Source of the DNA: Cyanophyceae cyanobacterium
Lineage (GTDB): Bacteria; Cyanobacteriota; Cyanobacteriia; Cyanobacteriales; Laspinemataceae
Length of the DNA stretch: 64,000 bases
Direction: 5' to 3'
Assembly: GCA_038321985.1 (NCBI GenBank)
Contig: JBBQFN010000028.1
Coordinates: forward strand, 8,701-72,700
Shown: positions 20,272-30,639 of the stretch, one piece after another
How positions within the stretch are numbered: the stretch's first letter is position 1
Layout: every line of letters begins with the position of its first letter
Program-made: the position numbers and the translations under genes
The notes under the pieces: generated by a model
What the model saw: only the letters and a program-made list of their open reading frames with translations
Database searches by the model: none
Told to the model about the DNA's origin: nothing

Positions 20272-22545
20272 ATGGGACTGAAGCGACGAGAATTTTTACG
20301 CAGGGCCAGCGGCATCCTAGCCGGTTTGGGAATTAGCGAGTCCATCATCTGGAAATCCAGCCAGCGCTATTACCAAGCTTTGGCGGCACCCGCCTCTCGA
20401 AAGTTAGCACTATTGGTAGGGATCAACAGCTATCCGGGCTTAAATGCTCTTTCCGGTTGTGTAACCGATGTAGAACTCCAACGAGAACTATTAATCTATC
20501 GGTTTGGGTTTAATCCCAGTGATATCGTGACCTTAACCGATGGACAAGCAACCCGTAGCAATATTGAAGATGCCTTTATCAACCACTTGGAACAGCAAGC
20601 TAGTAACGGTGATTTGGTGGTGTTCCACTTCAGCGGATACGGTCGTCGGATTAACTGGGACCAATCCACCACAGGATTGCAAACCAGTTTAATGCCCGTG
20701 GATGGGGGGGCTGTGAGTGGGGAGCCAGGGGCCAACGATATTTTAGAGGCTACCCTGTCGGAACTGTTGCGATCGCTGAAAACGGACCGGGCGATCGCCT
20801 TCTTGGATACCAGCTACAGCTATCCGGGGAAAAACCTCCAAGGAAATCTGCGAATTCGGTCCCAACAAGGTGTCCCCACTGGCAATCCCAGCGAGGCTGA
20901 AGTCGCCTTTCTGGAAACCCTTAGCCCAAAACCGACCTTGCTGCTTCCGCGATCGGCCTCTTCCTTTAAAGGCGTTGTTCTGGCGGCCTCTGGTGCCAAT
21001 CAATTAGCTACAGAAGCGCGATGGGATGGATTTAGCGCCGGAGTCTTTACTTATGCGATAACTCAGCAACTGTGGTTAGCAACCCAGGCCAACACTCTGC
21101 AATCCAGCCTCCACCGCGCATCCTGCGCCGTCCAGCAAATAGCAGGCTTTCCCCTGCAACAACCCCAACTGTTAAAAACCTTAGAAGCACCATTGGAAGA
21201 CGAAGGGAACAACATTCCCGATCAAACCTTACCGGGGTTTGTCTTTAATCAGCCTAGCGCCGAGGGTGCAGTTATAGCAATTGAAGATAGTGGACAAACG
21301 GCTGTGTTGTGGTTGGGAGGACTTCCGGCACAGGCGATCGAATCATTAGAAGTCAATTCTATTTTAACCCCGGTTTCCTCAGAAGGGGCCGACCCGCCAT
21401 CGTACCAACTACAAGTGCGATCGCGAGAGGGATTAACCGTTAAAGCCCAAGTGGTGGAAGTGGGAAAATCTAATCCCCAGTCCTCCAACTCACCCCGTCT
21501 TCAAGTGGGTCAAGTCGTCCAAGAAACGGTCCGGACTATTCCGCGCAACATCAATTTGACTGTTGCTTTAGATGTGGGGTTGCAACGGATTGAACGGGTG
21601 GATGCCACCAGTGCTTTCGCGGGAATTCCCCGGGTGACTACCGTCATTGCCGGAGAACAACCGGCAGACTATTTATTTGGTCGAGCTCAAGAGGCGATGT
21701 TGGCCCAACTACCCAGTTCAGCCTTACCCATGATTCCCCCAGGTAGTTATGCCCTCTTTTCCCTCGGGAAAAATCTTCTGCTGAATACCATGGGAGAACA
21801 AGGAGAAGCCATTAAATCCTCGGCCCAACGCTTAGTCCCGGAACTCCAGACCTTACTTGCCAATAAGTTACTACGCTTGAGTGCGAATGAAGGGTCCTCC
21901 CGTTTGGGAGTGCGAGTTAACCTGGAAACTGTGGGACCAGAAGCCAAGGCAGTCGTGCAAAGTGAAACCCGTCGAGCCCCCTGGCAAGCCCCCGAAGTAT
22001 CTGCCGTCCCTCGCGCGCGCACGGGTAATAGCCCCCTAGGTGTTCCCCTGGGTAGCCGGATTCGGTATCGGGCATTTAATTATAGCGATCGCCCGGTTTA
22101 CTGTCTGTTGTTTTCCTTAGATAACAGTGGCAATGCAGTAGTGCTCTATCCTTCCGATGACCCTACCACCTCTAATAACGGCCAAACTCAGCCCACTGTA
22201 GAACAAAACCTACTGCTTCCAGGAGAAACCCTGACCATTCCTAACGGGTCCGGTACTGGATCCTGGGTCGTCCATGGGCAAGCAGGATTAACAGAAACTC
22301 AGGTCATTTTTTCCTCCAGTCCCTTTACAAAAACCTTTTCAGCCTTATCCGGTTCCCTGCGTCCCCAGGGAGATGCCCAACCCCTGATTCCGGTGACCAA
22401 TCCTCTGGCGATCGCCCAAGCTATCTTACAGGACCTCCACGCCGCCAGCGTTGTCAGCCTTGCTAATCCAGGCCCATCCCCCGATCGCTGGGCGCTTCAT
22501 GTGGATCACTGGGCCACTCTGAGCTTTATCTACCGTGCCATTTAG
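20272..22545 (+). CDS. caspase-family (C14) pseudo-orthocaspase with a C-terminal DUF4384-like domain
   Basis: KLALLVGINSY..LSGCVTDV; catalytic His and Cys positions read HFSGYG and LDTSYS; N-terminal KRREFL. Confidence 0.85.
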   Translation: MGLKRREFLRRASGILAGLGISESIIWKSSQRYYQALAAPASRKLALLVGINSYPGLNALSGCVTDVELQRELLIYRFGFNPSDIVTLTDGQATRSNIEDAFINHLEQQASNGDLVVFHFSGYGRRINWDQSTTGLQTSLMPVDGGAVSGEPGANDILEATLSELLRSLKTDRAIAFLDTSYSYPGKNLQGNLRIRSQQGVPTGNPSEAEVAFLETLSPKPTLLLPRSASSFKGVVLAASGANQLATEARWDGFSAGVFTYAITQQLWLATQANTLQSSLHRASCAVQQIAGFPLQQPQLLKTLEAPLEDEGNNIPDQTLPGFVFNQPSAEGAVIAIEDSGQTAVLWLGGLPAQAIESLEVNSILTPVSSEGADPPSYQLQVRSREGLTVKAQVVEVGKSNPQSSNSPRLQVGQVVQETVRTIPRNINLTVALDVGLQRIERVDATSAFAGIPRVTTVIAGEQPADYLFGRAQEAMLAQLPSSALPMIPPGSYALFSLGKNLLLNTMGEQGEAIKSSAQRLVPELQTLLANKLLRLSANEGSSRLGVRVNLETVGPEAKAVVQSETRRAPWQAPEVSAVPRARTGNSPLGVPLGSRIRYRAFNYSDRPVYCLLFSLDNSGNAVVLYPSDDPTTSNNGQTQPTVEQNLLLPGETLTIPNGSGTGSWVVHGQAGLTETQVIFSSSPFTKTFSALSGSLRPQGDAQPLIPVTNPLAIAQAILQDLHAASVVSLANPGPSPDRWALHVDHWATLSFIYRAI

Positions 22546-22649
22546 GGGTGCTTGATTCCTCCTAGTTCCCTTTCCTTCAAGGAGAGAACCCCGCCAGTCT
22601 TCTCCCCTGTGGCTTGGCGCGGAGACTGGGGAGAGTTTTTTTCGGGAAA

Positions 22650-23783
22650 TTAGGCTAAATTCTGTCCCTCTCTTTTCAGTTGTTCTCGTTCGATCGCCTC
22701 AAATAATGCTTTAAAATTTCCCTCTCCAAATCCTACTGCCTCCCGGCGACGCTCAATGACTTCAAAAAAGAAAGTTGGTTGTTCAAAAATGGGTTGAGTA
22801 AAGGTTTGTAGTAAGAGAGAATCGGGGCTTTCCGGATGCCAATCTACTAAAATTTTTTGTTGTTGTATTTCCTGCCACTCTGCCGAATCTTCATCAAAGC
22901 CCAGACGTTGGCGCAGTCCTAAATAATAGGTGGATGGCACGTCAATAAACGACACCCCATTTTCACACAACTGGGCAACTGTTCCTAAAATATTATTCGT
23001 CCGCAGAGCAATATGCTGAATTCCGGGACCCTGATTCAGTTCTAAAAATTCTTGAATTTGAGAGGTTTCTGAAGTAGGCTCATTAATAGGAAACTGGATT
23101 TGACTATCGGGAGCAATCATGACTTGAGATTGTAATCCAGACCGCTCAGTGTGAATCTCAAAAGTTTGTTTTCTTTGAAATCCCAGAACTTTTTCATACC
23201 AGAATAGGGCCGATTCTAGGTCTCCTTTTTCGACATTTAAAACGAAATGATCAACCTCGATATAGAGACTGTTAGAGGGAGAGTTAGAGGGGGGAGAATT
23301 TATCTTTTCATAGCCCATTGTGTTGTTAATGTTATCCTCAATCCCGAAGGGATAAATTTCATCGGGAATTTTACGGTTATCCCCTGGGTGACAGGAATGA
23401 TGACGTTGAATTAAGGTATGACTTAGTTCTCCCCATCCGGCAATTTTTGCCCATTTTAAGGGGTGGTGAGACTGTTGTTGTTGCATGGGTTGTAAGACTT
23501 TCGCACCAGCCGTCACCGCTTGACGCAAGCAGGATTCTAAATCCTGAACGGCAAAGGCAATATCAGCGACTCCCGGAGGATGGCGATCAAGATATTCTGC
23601 TACAGGACTAGCAACCGATAGGGGTGAAGAGATGGCAAACCGGACTAAACCACTTTGAATTAGTTCGGTACGAGTGTAGCTGTGGGTGAAACTGGCGATC
23701 GCCTCAAATCCCAGACAATCTACGAACCACTCCCGTTGTGCCGTAGCATCTTCAACGTAAAAGTAAATGTGATCAATTTCCAT
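22650..23783 (-). CDS. hppD: 4-hydroxyphenylpyruvate dioxygenase
   Basis: MEIDHIYFYV start, DHFVLNV, FPINEP..SQIQEFL..GPGIQHIAL, LLQTFT, FFEVIER..GFGEGNFKALFEAIEREQ. Confidence 0.95.
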   Translation of the reverse strand: MEIDHIYFYVEDATAQREWFVDCLGFEAIASFTHSYTRTELIQSGLVRFAISSPLSVASPVAEYLDRHPPGVADIAFAVQDLESCLRQAVTAGAKVLQPMQQQQSHHPLKWAKIAGWGELSHTLIQRHHSCHPGDNRKIPDEIYPFGIEDNINNTMGYEKINSPPSNSPSNSLYIEVDHFVLNVEKGDLESALFWYEKVLGFQRKQTFEIHTERSGLQSQVMIAPDSQIQFPINEPTSETSQIQEFLELNQGPGIQHIALRTNNILGTVAQLCENGVSFIDVPSTYYLGLRQRLGFDEDSAEWQEIQQQKILVDWHPESPDSLLLQTFTQPIFEQPTFFFEVIERRREAVGFGEGNFKALFEAIEREQLKREGQNLA

Positions 23784-23854
23784 GAACCCGATATCACTGC
23801 CCTCAAGGACTCCACTACCCCTTAATTTTACTCGGTCCCTCAAAAAATGACGGC

Positions 23855-25693
23855 TTAAGAAGTCCGGGAAACGAGGGAAACTTGATAAGATTTTCCTGTT
23901 TTTTTGAGTTTAAATACTTGGGTAGAATCCAAAAATTTGGTAAATTTACCCTGGATTTGTAAGGTTTTCATAAGTTGAGTAATCGGAACACCGTACTGGG
24001 TGTTGAATTCACTGGCAAAACTGCTTAAAGGAATTGAATTTTCCGGTGATTTTTCAGTTAATCGGACCAGTAACTCTATCAAATACTTTTCTAAGTCGGC
24101 CGGGGTATTCATCTCAGAAGAAGAGGCAGATATCGTTCCCGAGGTAAGGGTGAAGGAGTTAGGGGTATGGCTGTGTTTCCCCCCGATGATGATGACTTCA
24201 CCCGTTTGGGGAGATTGAGTGAGGGTAAGTCTTGAACTAGATTGTAAGAATTTACTAAAATTTGCCCCGAGTCCTAACTTTTTAATGAGCCAATTCGGGT
24301 TTTGACCGTAAAGTTCTTTAAATTCTGAACCTAACATTCCCGTTGAAATAGTCGTCCCTGGAGATTTCTTTTGCATCGAGGCGACTGCGCGTTCTAATGC
24401 CTGTTCTAATTCTTCTTTACCATTAAAACTGGTGGGGAGTGAACCGGAGGGAACCGCAGCTTGGTTTAAACCGATTGGGGTAGATTCAACAAGGGGACTT
24501 GATGTTAAGCCACTGCAATCAAACAGATTAATGTAAAGTTCTGAATCTCCCGGCACTTGATGTACCACAAAATCATCCGGGCGATCGCAAAAAATATCCC
24601 GCGCTTTTTTCCCGGGTTCCCATGCGATCGCCACTTGACTTAGGGGAATTTTATAATTTTCTTGAAACACAGAACAAATTCGTGAAAATTTAATCCACTG
24701 TTTCCCCCTATTTTTTTGTTCAGTTTTAATAATAGTTTTTAAATAATCTACGCATTGATTCAATGAAACAGTTGGGTTAATTTGCTCCAGTTCATAGGTC
24801 TGTACTTTCCCAGTTTGCGTATTCAAGACCGTTAACTTTTCCCCCTGCTTACGAACTAAATACACTGTTAATCCGTGAGTTTGAAGCGTCGTACATAAAT
24901 GAGTCATGACCCCATCAGACGAACAAACCAAGACCTCCCGGGCATTAGGATAATGAACAAAAATAGAGGAACCAACGGTTGCCATTTTTACATCAGCGCT
25001 ATCTTTTCCCGGAGGAACATGGATGAGTTCATAATGGCGGTTATGGAGTTGAATATCTTTTTTCCCCATCCTTTGCCAATTTGCAAAAGCCATTTTAATC
25101 TGTAATTTATATTGACAAATTTCTTTTAAAAAATTTTCGGTTTCTTCATCCAAAGATAAATTTTCCGCATCTAAAAGTAAAATAGCGATTCCGCCCACGG
25201 TCCAGCTTTTGGCGGTATTAAATTGGGCAGCCATTCCCAGGGAAATAGTTTCCGGTAAATTGAAGCCTAACCGCACGGCAAATTGTTCCCAACTTTGACT
25301 TTTTAGGTCCGATTGAACCGTTAGCCTCTTTGAGGGGAGGGACGAATCTGTACAAACAATTTCGGCGGGAAGTTTAAGTAAGGCCCTAAAATTTTGGATT
25401 AATTCTAAAAATTCAGTAGAAACAAAAAATGGGGGTTTCATCAACGCTTCTAAAAGTTTAATGACTTTCCCGATTAACGAACTGGTATCTGTGGCTTGAC
25501 GTAGTTCAGTCGCTAATTTTTCAGTTAATTTTCCTTGAAACTCTCCCTGATGCCAGGATTGATTCCTAAATTTTTCATTCAGCCATTCTGGATGGCGCTG
25601 ATAGACTATCAATAGGGTTTGGTAAATCGAATGACTTAATGGCGCGATCGCCTCTAATACCTGATTGGCACTCAAACTCGGCTCGTCTGGCAT
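23855..25693 (-). CDS. NYN (LabA/PIN-like) domain protein with about three C-terminal LOTUS/OST-HTH domains
   Basis: LLLDAENL, GKDSADVKM, VCSSDG; repeated units such as LSSFASEFNTQYG...GKFTKFL; start placed at MPDEP (ATG 25693). Confidence 0.75.
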   Translation of the reverse strand: MPDEPSLSANQVLEAIAPLSHSIYQTLLIVYQRHPEWLNEKFRNQSWHQGEFQGKLTEKLATELRQATDTSSLIGKVIKLLEALMKPPFFVSTEFLELIQNFRALLKLPAEIVCTDSSLPSKRLTVQSDLKSQSWEQFAVRLGFNLPETISLGMAAQFNTAKSWTVGGIAILLLDAENLSLDEETENFLKEICQYKLQIKMAFANWQRMGKKDIQLHNRHYELIHVPPGKDSADVKMATVGSSIFVHYPNAREVLVCSSDGVMTHLCTTLQTHGLTVYLVRKQGEKLTVLNTQTGKVQTYELEQINPTVSLNQCVDYLKTIIKTEQKNRGKQWIKFSRICSVFQENYKIPLSQVAIAWEPGKKARDIFCDRPDDFVVHQVPGDSELYINLFDCSGLTSSPLVESTPIGLNQAAVPSGSLPTSFNGKEELEQALERAVASMQKKSPGTTISTGMLGSEFKELYGQNPNWLIKKLGLGANFSKFLQSSSRLTLTQSPQTGEVIIIGGKHSHTPNSFTLTSGTISASSSEMNTPADLEKYLIELLVRLTEKSPENSIPLSSFASEFNTQYGVPITQLMKTLQIQGKFTKFLDSTQVFKLKKTGKSYQVSLVSRTS

Positions 25694-25761
25694 AGCAACT
25701 CCCGTAGAAAGTGACAGTATTCCATCATAATAAAAGACGATAGCTCGATTGATGGATAAAC

Positions 25762-27270
25762 ATGGCAAGAGATTTGCGGGAATTCCTGAACCTCCTAGAA
25801 AATAGAGGACAACTACGGCGGATTAGCACCTGTGTTGACCCGGATTTAGAGATAGCTGAGATTTCCAACCGGATGCTACAAGCCGGAGGACCAGCACTCC
25901 TGTTCGAGAATGTAAAAGGATCGGCGCATCCGGTGGCAATCAACCTCTTAGGGACGGAGGAACGGGTGTGTTGGGCAATGAACATGGACAAACCTCTAGA
26001 ATTAGAGGAACTGGGTAGGAAACTGGCCCTGCTACAACAGCCTAAACCCCCGAAGAAAATTGCTCAGGCGGTAGAGTTTGGAAAACTGCTCTTTGACGTG
26101 CTCAAGGCAAAACCTGGACGGAACTTTTTCCCGGCCTGTCAGCAAGTGGTCATTCAAGGGGATGATTTAGACTTAAGCCAGTTACCCTTAATTCGTCCCT
26201 ATTGCGGAGATGCCGGTAAAATCATCACCTTGGGATTAGTAATTACTAAAGATTGTGAGACGGGAGTTCCTAATGTCGGAGTTTATCGCTTACAATTGCA
26301 ATCTCACAATACAATGACTGTGCATTGGCTCTCTGTCCGTGGTGGGGCCAGACACTTGCGAAAAGCCGCTGAACAGGGTAAAAAATTAGAAATTGCGATC
26401 GCCCTCGGAGTTGATCCCCTAATCATCATGGCTGCTGCCACCCCCATTCCCGTCGATCTGTCAGAATGGCTATTTGCCGGACTGTATGGCGGTTCTGGCG
26501 TCGCCCTAGCCAAATGTAAAACCGTGGATTTAGAAGTCCCGGCAGACTCAGAATTTGTTTTAGAGGGAACCATTACCCCCGGAGAAGTCCTCCCAGACGG
26601 ACCCTTCGGCGACCACATGGGATATTATGGGGGAGTGGAAGATTCGCCCTTGGTTCGCTTCCAGTGCATGACGCATCGCCAAAATCCTGTTTATCTCACA
26701 ACCTTTAGCGGACGTCCCCCGAAAGAAGAAGCGATGATGGCGATCGCCCTCAATCGCATTTATACCCCAATTTTGCGCCAACAAGTCTCAGAAATTGTAG
26801 ACTTTTTCCTACCAATGGAAGCCCTTAGTTACAAAGCGGCTATTATTTCCATTGATAAATCTTATCCCGGTCAAGCACGACGTGCCGCCTTAGCCTTTTG
26901 GAGTGCTTTACCCCAATTTACTTACACTAAATTCGTAATTGTGGTGGATAAAGATATTAATATTCGCGACCCTAGGCAGGTGGTATGGGCCATTTCTTCC
27001 AAAGTTGACCCGGTACGTGATGTGTTTATTTTGCCCCATACTCCCTTTGATAGTTTGGATTTTGCCAGTGAAAAAATTGGATTAGGGGGACGCATGGGCA
27101 TTGATGCCACCACCAAGATTCCTCCAGAAACCGAACATGAATGGGGAGAACCTTTACTGTCGGATCCCGATGTGGCAGCAAGGGTCGATCGCCGCTGGGC
27201 TGAGTATGGTTTAGCTGACTTAAAATTGGCAGAAGTCAATCCCAACTTATTTGGGTATGAAATTAACTAA
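25762..27270 (+). CDS. ubiD: UbiD-family decarboxylase (plastoquinone pathway)
   Basis: DLREFL..LE, GGPALLFENVKG, NVGVYRLQ, DGPFGDHMGYY, RPPKEEA, LDFAS..GLGGRMGIDAT. Confidence 0.95.
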   Translation: MARDLREFLNLLENRGQLRRISTCVDPDLEIAEISNRMLQAGGPALLFENVKGSAHPVAINLLGTEERVCWAMNMDKPLELEELGRKLALLQQPKPPKKIAQAVEFGKLLFDVLKAKPGRNFFPACQQVVIQGDDLDLSQLPLIRPYCGDAGKIITLGLVITKDCETGVPNVGVYRLQLQSHNTMTVHWLSVRGGARHLRKAAEQGKKLEIAIALGVDPLIIMAAATPIPVDLSEWLFAGLYGGSGVALAKCKTVDLEVPADSEFVLEGTITPGEVLPDGPFGDHMGYYGGVEDSPLVRFQCMTHRQNPVYLTTFSGRPPKEEAMMAIALNRIYTPILRQQVSEIVDFFLPMEALSYKAAIISIDKSYPGQARRAALAFWSALPQFTYTKFVIVVDKDINIRDPRQVVWAISSKVDPVRDVFILPHTPFDSLDFASEKIGLGGRMGIDATTKIPPETEHEWGEPLLSDPDVAARVDRRWAEYGLADLKLAEVNPNLFGYEIN

Positions 27271-27813
27271 TCCGGTTAAATTAACGGAAAATTTAGTCAT
27301 AATTTCCGGATGAAATAAAGGATAGATTGGAGTGCGATTGCCACCTTCGCACTCCTTGTCCTGGAGTCACCGGAGGATCACTACCCTCACCTTAAAGGGC
27401 AGAAGCTCACAGAAAAAATCCCGCCTTGGCGGGCTAATTGAATAGTAAAGATATTTGAAAGCTGGATTTAGTATTAAACTGCTTAAGTGTTCTCTTCAAA
27501 CACGCCAACTAGAAAGAGCCAGAAAATTTACCTGACCCCTACCTCCTATGTAATCACTTTAACTTGGCACTTCCGGCTAAATCGGATATCATCATTCTAA
27601 GAAAGAAAATAAAATGGGCTGTTCGTATCACTTGGGTGAGAAAATGGCAGGGAGTCAAGAATAATAAATTAAAGCTAAGGTTAATTTCTATGCCGTTTCA
27701 GTGAAGGGAGTCTCTCCAAAAGCTGGGTGATCCAGGGTTTAAAAATCACTAAAGTTCAGCCAACTGCATAAGTGTGAAGACAACAAGGCCCAAACAGCAT
27801 CTATCCCAAAATC

Positions 27814-30216
27814 ATGAATGATTCTAAGTCAATCTTCAATCTAAATATAGACTCCTACCTGGAGATAGACCCGCTTTCCGGTGAGTTTTCCCCGACGGCA
27901 AACCAGCAATCAGGTTCGGATGGGGATGCACTCTGGCAAAGCCTTGCTGGTAATTTACCAGCGTCCTCTGAAGGGGAAAAAATTAGACTTTGGAAGGAAA
28001 ATTTAGAGTGTCTCAGCCGTTTAGGACAGGGGACAAAACTGTTAATCGCGGCGATTGAACCCGAAAATTTTACAGTCTGTTATGGGAACCCTGCGTTGTG
28101 CCAACTCGCTGGAATTCAGCCCAGTCAGGATCAAAAAAGCCGGGATGATCGCCAAGTATTGTTGCACCAATTGCTTCGAGATCGCCTCAATGAAAACGAT
28201 CGCCAGGACTTGGAACAGTTATATCGGCGTCAGGTGCTGTTGCGAATTCTGCGCGATCGCTATGAACTCGACTTCCAAAATCAATTGGGATGGGAGGAAC
28301 CGGCGATCGTCAGCTTTAATAGCCCAAACTACCCAGAACCCAGGGTGATCGAGTTTTGGGTGAATGTAGAAGGACTCCGAATTATTCCCATCAATCCACA
28401 TCAAGATGAGTTTGCAGATTTACGCCTAGAACCCCACTCAGGACCCGAAAGCCCAGAACGCCTCACGGACCTCTCCACCCTCGAAGGTTTAGAACAACGC
28501 TTATGCTGGGAGAATTACCGACTTGAGGGGTTACTTCTCCTAGAAGGGGTGGATGTAACAGTAAGGGAAACAATTCGGCAGATTTCCCGGTTACTGATTA
28601 GTACCCATTCGATTTTACGTCCTGATCGATTTCGGCAGATTAACCAGCACCTCAAATCCCTGTTTCAATGTGACAATAGCTTTATCCTGAGCACCGAACG
28701 AGATCCAGCCCGACTCTTTGTAGAAACCGAGTCGGGGAATTTAAGCGTAACCAGTTATGCGATCGACTCCTTACAAGGTTCCCACTTCATTCAAGCAGCC
28801 GAAGCCAATCGCGTCTGGAATGTAACCGACTTAAGTACAGATTGGACGGGTGAATGCGAAAAGCAACTGGTAGAGGCGGGAGTGCACTCCCTGTTACTGA
28901 TTCCGCTTGTGGTTCAGGTGAGTGGGAATGATTCTCGATTTGCTCCGCGATCGCCTTGCCAATCCCAGCAAATGGTGGGATTAGTGGGTTTAACGAAGAC
29001 TCATCCCCATCACTTCCATGCCATCGATATTCGCCGGGGAGAGGAACTGATTGCTCCATTTACGGTGGCATTACGCCAAATCGTCCAACAACGGTTGACC
29101 CGCTTTAGCAACATTCATCCTTCTGTAGAGTGGCGGTTTGTACAGGAATTGGAAAGGCGCAGTTGGGGTCTACCACCAGAGGCGATTGTTTTTAGCGAAC
29201 TCTATCCCCTGTATGGGATATCGGATATTCGCGGGTCTTCGGATGAGCGCAACCGAGCAATTGAAGCGGATTTAATCGAACAGTTTCACCTGGGTTTAGG
29301 GGTAGTAGAAGCGGTTTGTGCTACAGAGGGACAGAGTTTTGTGGAACAACTGAAGTTGGATCTCCTAGACCGCATAGATGGGATTCAAAAAGGGGTGACA
29401 GTGGATGGAGAAGTCACGGCGATCGAGTATTTGAAAGACCATCTCGAAGGCTATTTTGACTATTTTTCCCACTGTTCCTCATTAGCGGCTCAGGCGGTGG
29501 AGATTTATCGAGCAGCTTGTGATAACGAACATGAGTGTGTTTATGTGGCGCGATCGCGTTATGACGAGACGGTGAATCAAATTAATGCCCGTCTACGAGA
29601 CACTTGGGAGCTTTGGCAGGTGAGGATGCAAAAAATCATTCCCCACTATTGTGACGTGGAATGTAGCGATGGCATTGATCATATGATTTATGCAGGGGCT
29701 GCGATTAATTCATCGTTTTCTCGCTTTCATTTGCATAGTCTCCGGTATGAGCAGCTTCGAGCAATCTGTGACTGTGCGCGGGTGGCGCTGAGAATTCAAG
29801 AGGATTACCAAACAACCCTGGAAGTAACGCATCTGGTTTTAGTCCAAGATTGCACCGTGGATATTTTCCATGATGAAAAGACAGAAAGACTTTTTGACGT
29901 GCGGGGAACGCGGGATACCCGGTATGAAATTGTCAAAAAACGAATTGACAAGGGAATAGAAGCGCAAACCGGCGATCGGATTACCCAACCCGGGATGTTA
30001 ACCGTGGTTTACGCGACCAGTAAGGAATGGGAAGAATACGAACAGTATTTGCGCTATTTGGCTCGCGAAGGTTGGGTAGGTGGAACTATTGAGTTTGGCA
30101 ATGTTGAACCCCAACCCGGAGTCTCGGGCCTTAAATTTGCCCGAGTGCGCGTTCTACCCGCACTGAGTTCATTACCGGATTTAGCTTTGAATGGAACTCA
30201 ACCCTCCGGTGAGTAA
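27814..30216 (+). CDS. PAS/GAF-domain protein with a C-terminal divergent nucleotidyl-cyclase-like region
   Basis: PAS-like YGNPALCQLAG...GVDVT; GAF-like GVHSLLLIPL..VGLVGL; C-terminal SDIRGSS, SDG, FDVRG, KKR, QPG motifs. Confidence 0.75.
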   Translation: MNDSKSIFNLNIDSYLEIDPLSGEFSPTANQQSGSDGDALWQSLAGNLPASSEGEKIRLWKENLECLSRLGQGTKLLIAAIEPENFTVCYGNPALCQLAGIQPSQDQKSRDDRQVLLHQLLRDRLNENDRQDLEQLYRRQVLLRILRDRYELDFQNQLGWEEPAIVSFNSPNYPEPRVIEFWVNVEGLRIIPINPHQDEFADLRLEPHSGPESPERLTDLSTLEGLEQRLCWENYRLEGLLLLEGVDVTVRETIRQISRLLISTHSILRPDRFRQINQHLKSLFQCDNSFILSTERDPARLFVETESGNLSVTSYAIDSLQGSHFIQAAEANRVWNVTDLSTDWTGECEKQLVEAGVHSLLLIPLVVQVSGNDSRFAPRSPCQSQQMVGLVGLTKTHPHHFHAIDIRRGEELIAPFTVALRQIVQQRLTRFSNIHPSVEWRFVQELERRSWGLPPEAIVFSELYPLYGISDIRGSSDERNRAIEADLIEQFHLGLGVVEAVCATEGQSFVEQLKLDLLDRIDGIQKGVTVDGEVTAIEYLKDHLEGYFDYFSHCSSLAAQAVEIYRAACDNEHECVYVARSRYDETVNQINARLRDTWELWQVRMQKIIPHYCDVECSDGIDHMIYAGAAINSSFSRFHLHSLRYEQLRAICDCARVALRIQEDYQTTLEVTHLVLVQDCTVDIFHDEKTERLFDVRGTRDTRYEIVKKRIDKGIEAQTGDRITQPGMLTVVYATSKEWEEYEQYLRYLAREGWVGGTIEFGNVEPQPGVSGLKFARVRVLPALSSLPDLALNGTQPSGE

Positions 30217-30639
30217 GGGGTGGTGATCGCCGTTCAATTAGGGCCGGCAAGATAGATCGAGCCTGGGGCGATCGCACTGTAAGTTGCTCCAGATTGAATT
30301 GACCAGGAGTGCGAGCAATTTCCTGAATTAACCTTAAGCAACTTCCCTCCTCGTTCCCAGGATTTGTCTGCCCCTGCTCCCATTGGAGGCTCGGTCTCCT
30401 TACCTCTTCCGGGCAGAGTCTAGAAATCCACAAAAGATGCAGATTAAATATGCAATAGCTTACCCCCAACCTTCTGAAATTTCTACAAGACCGCACTGAG
30501 GCACAATATCAGTGAAGGAGTAGAGAGTAAGGGCTTAGGACCCCTGGGGTTGTTTCTCTCCACAGTCTCAGGGGGTCACTCATCAAAAAAGAAGGGGGTA
30601 AACGCTCGGGCCACTCTCAGCCCTAAATGATGGGCAAGT

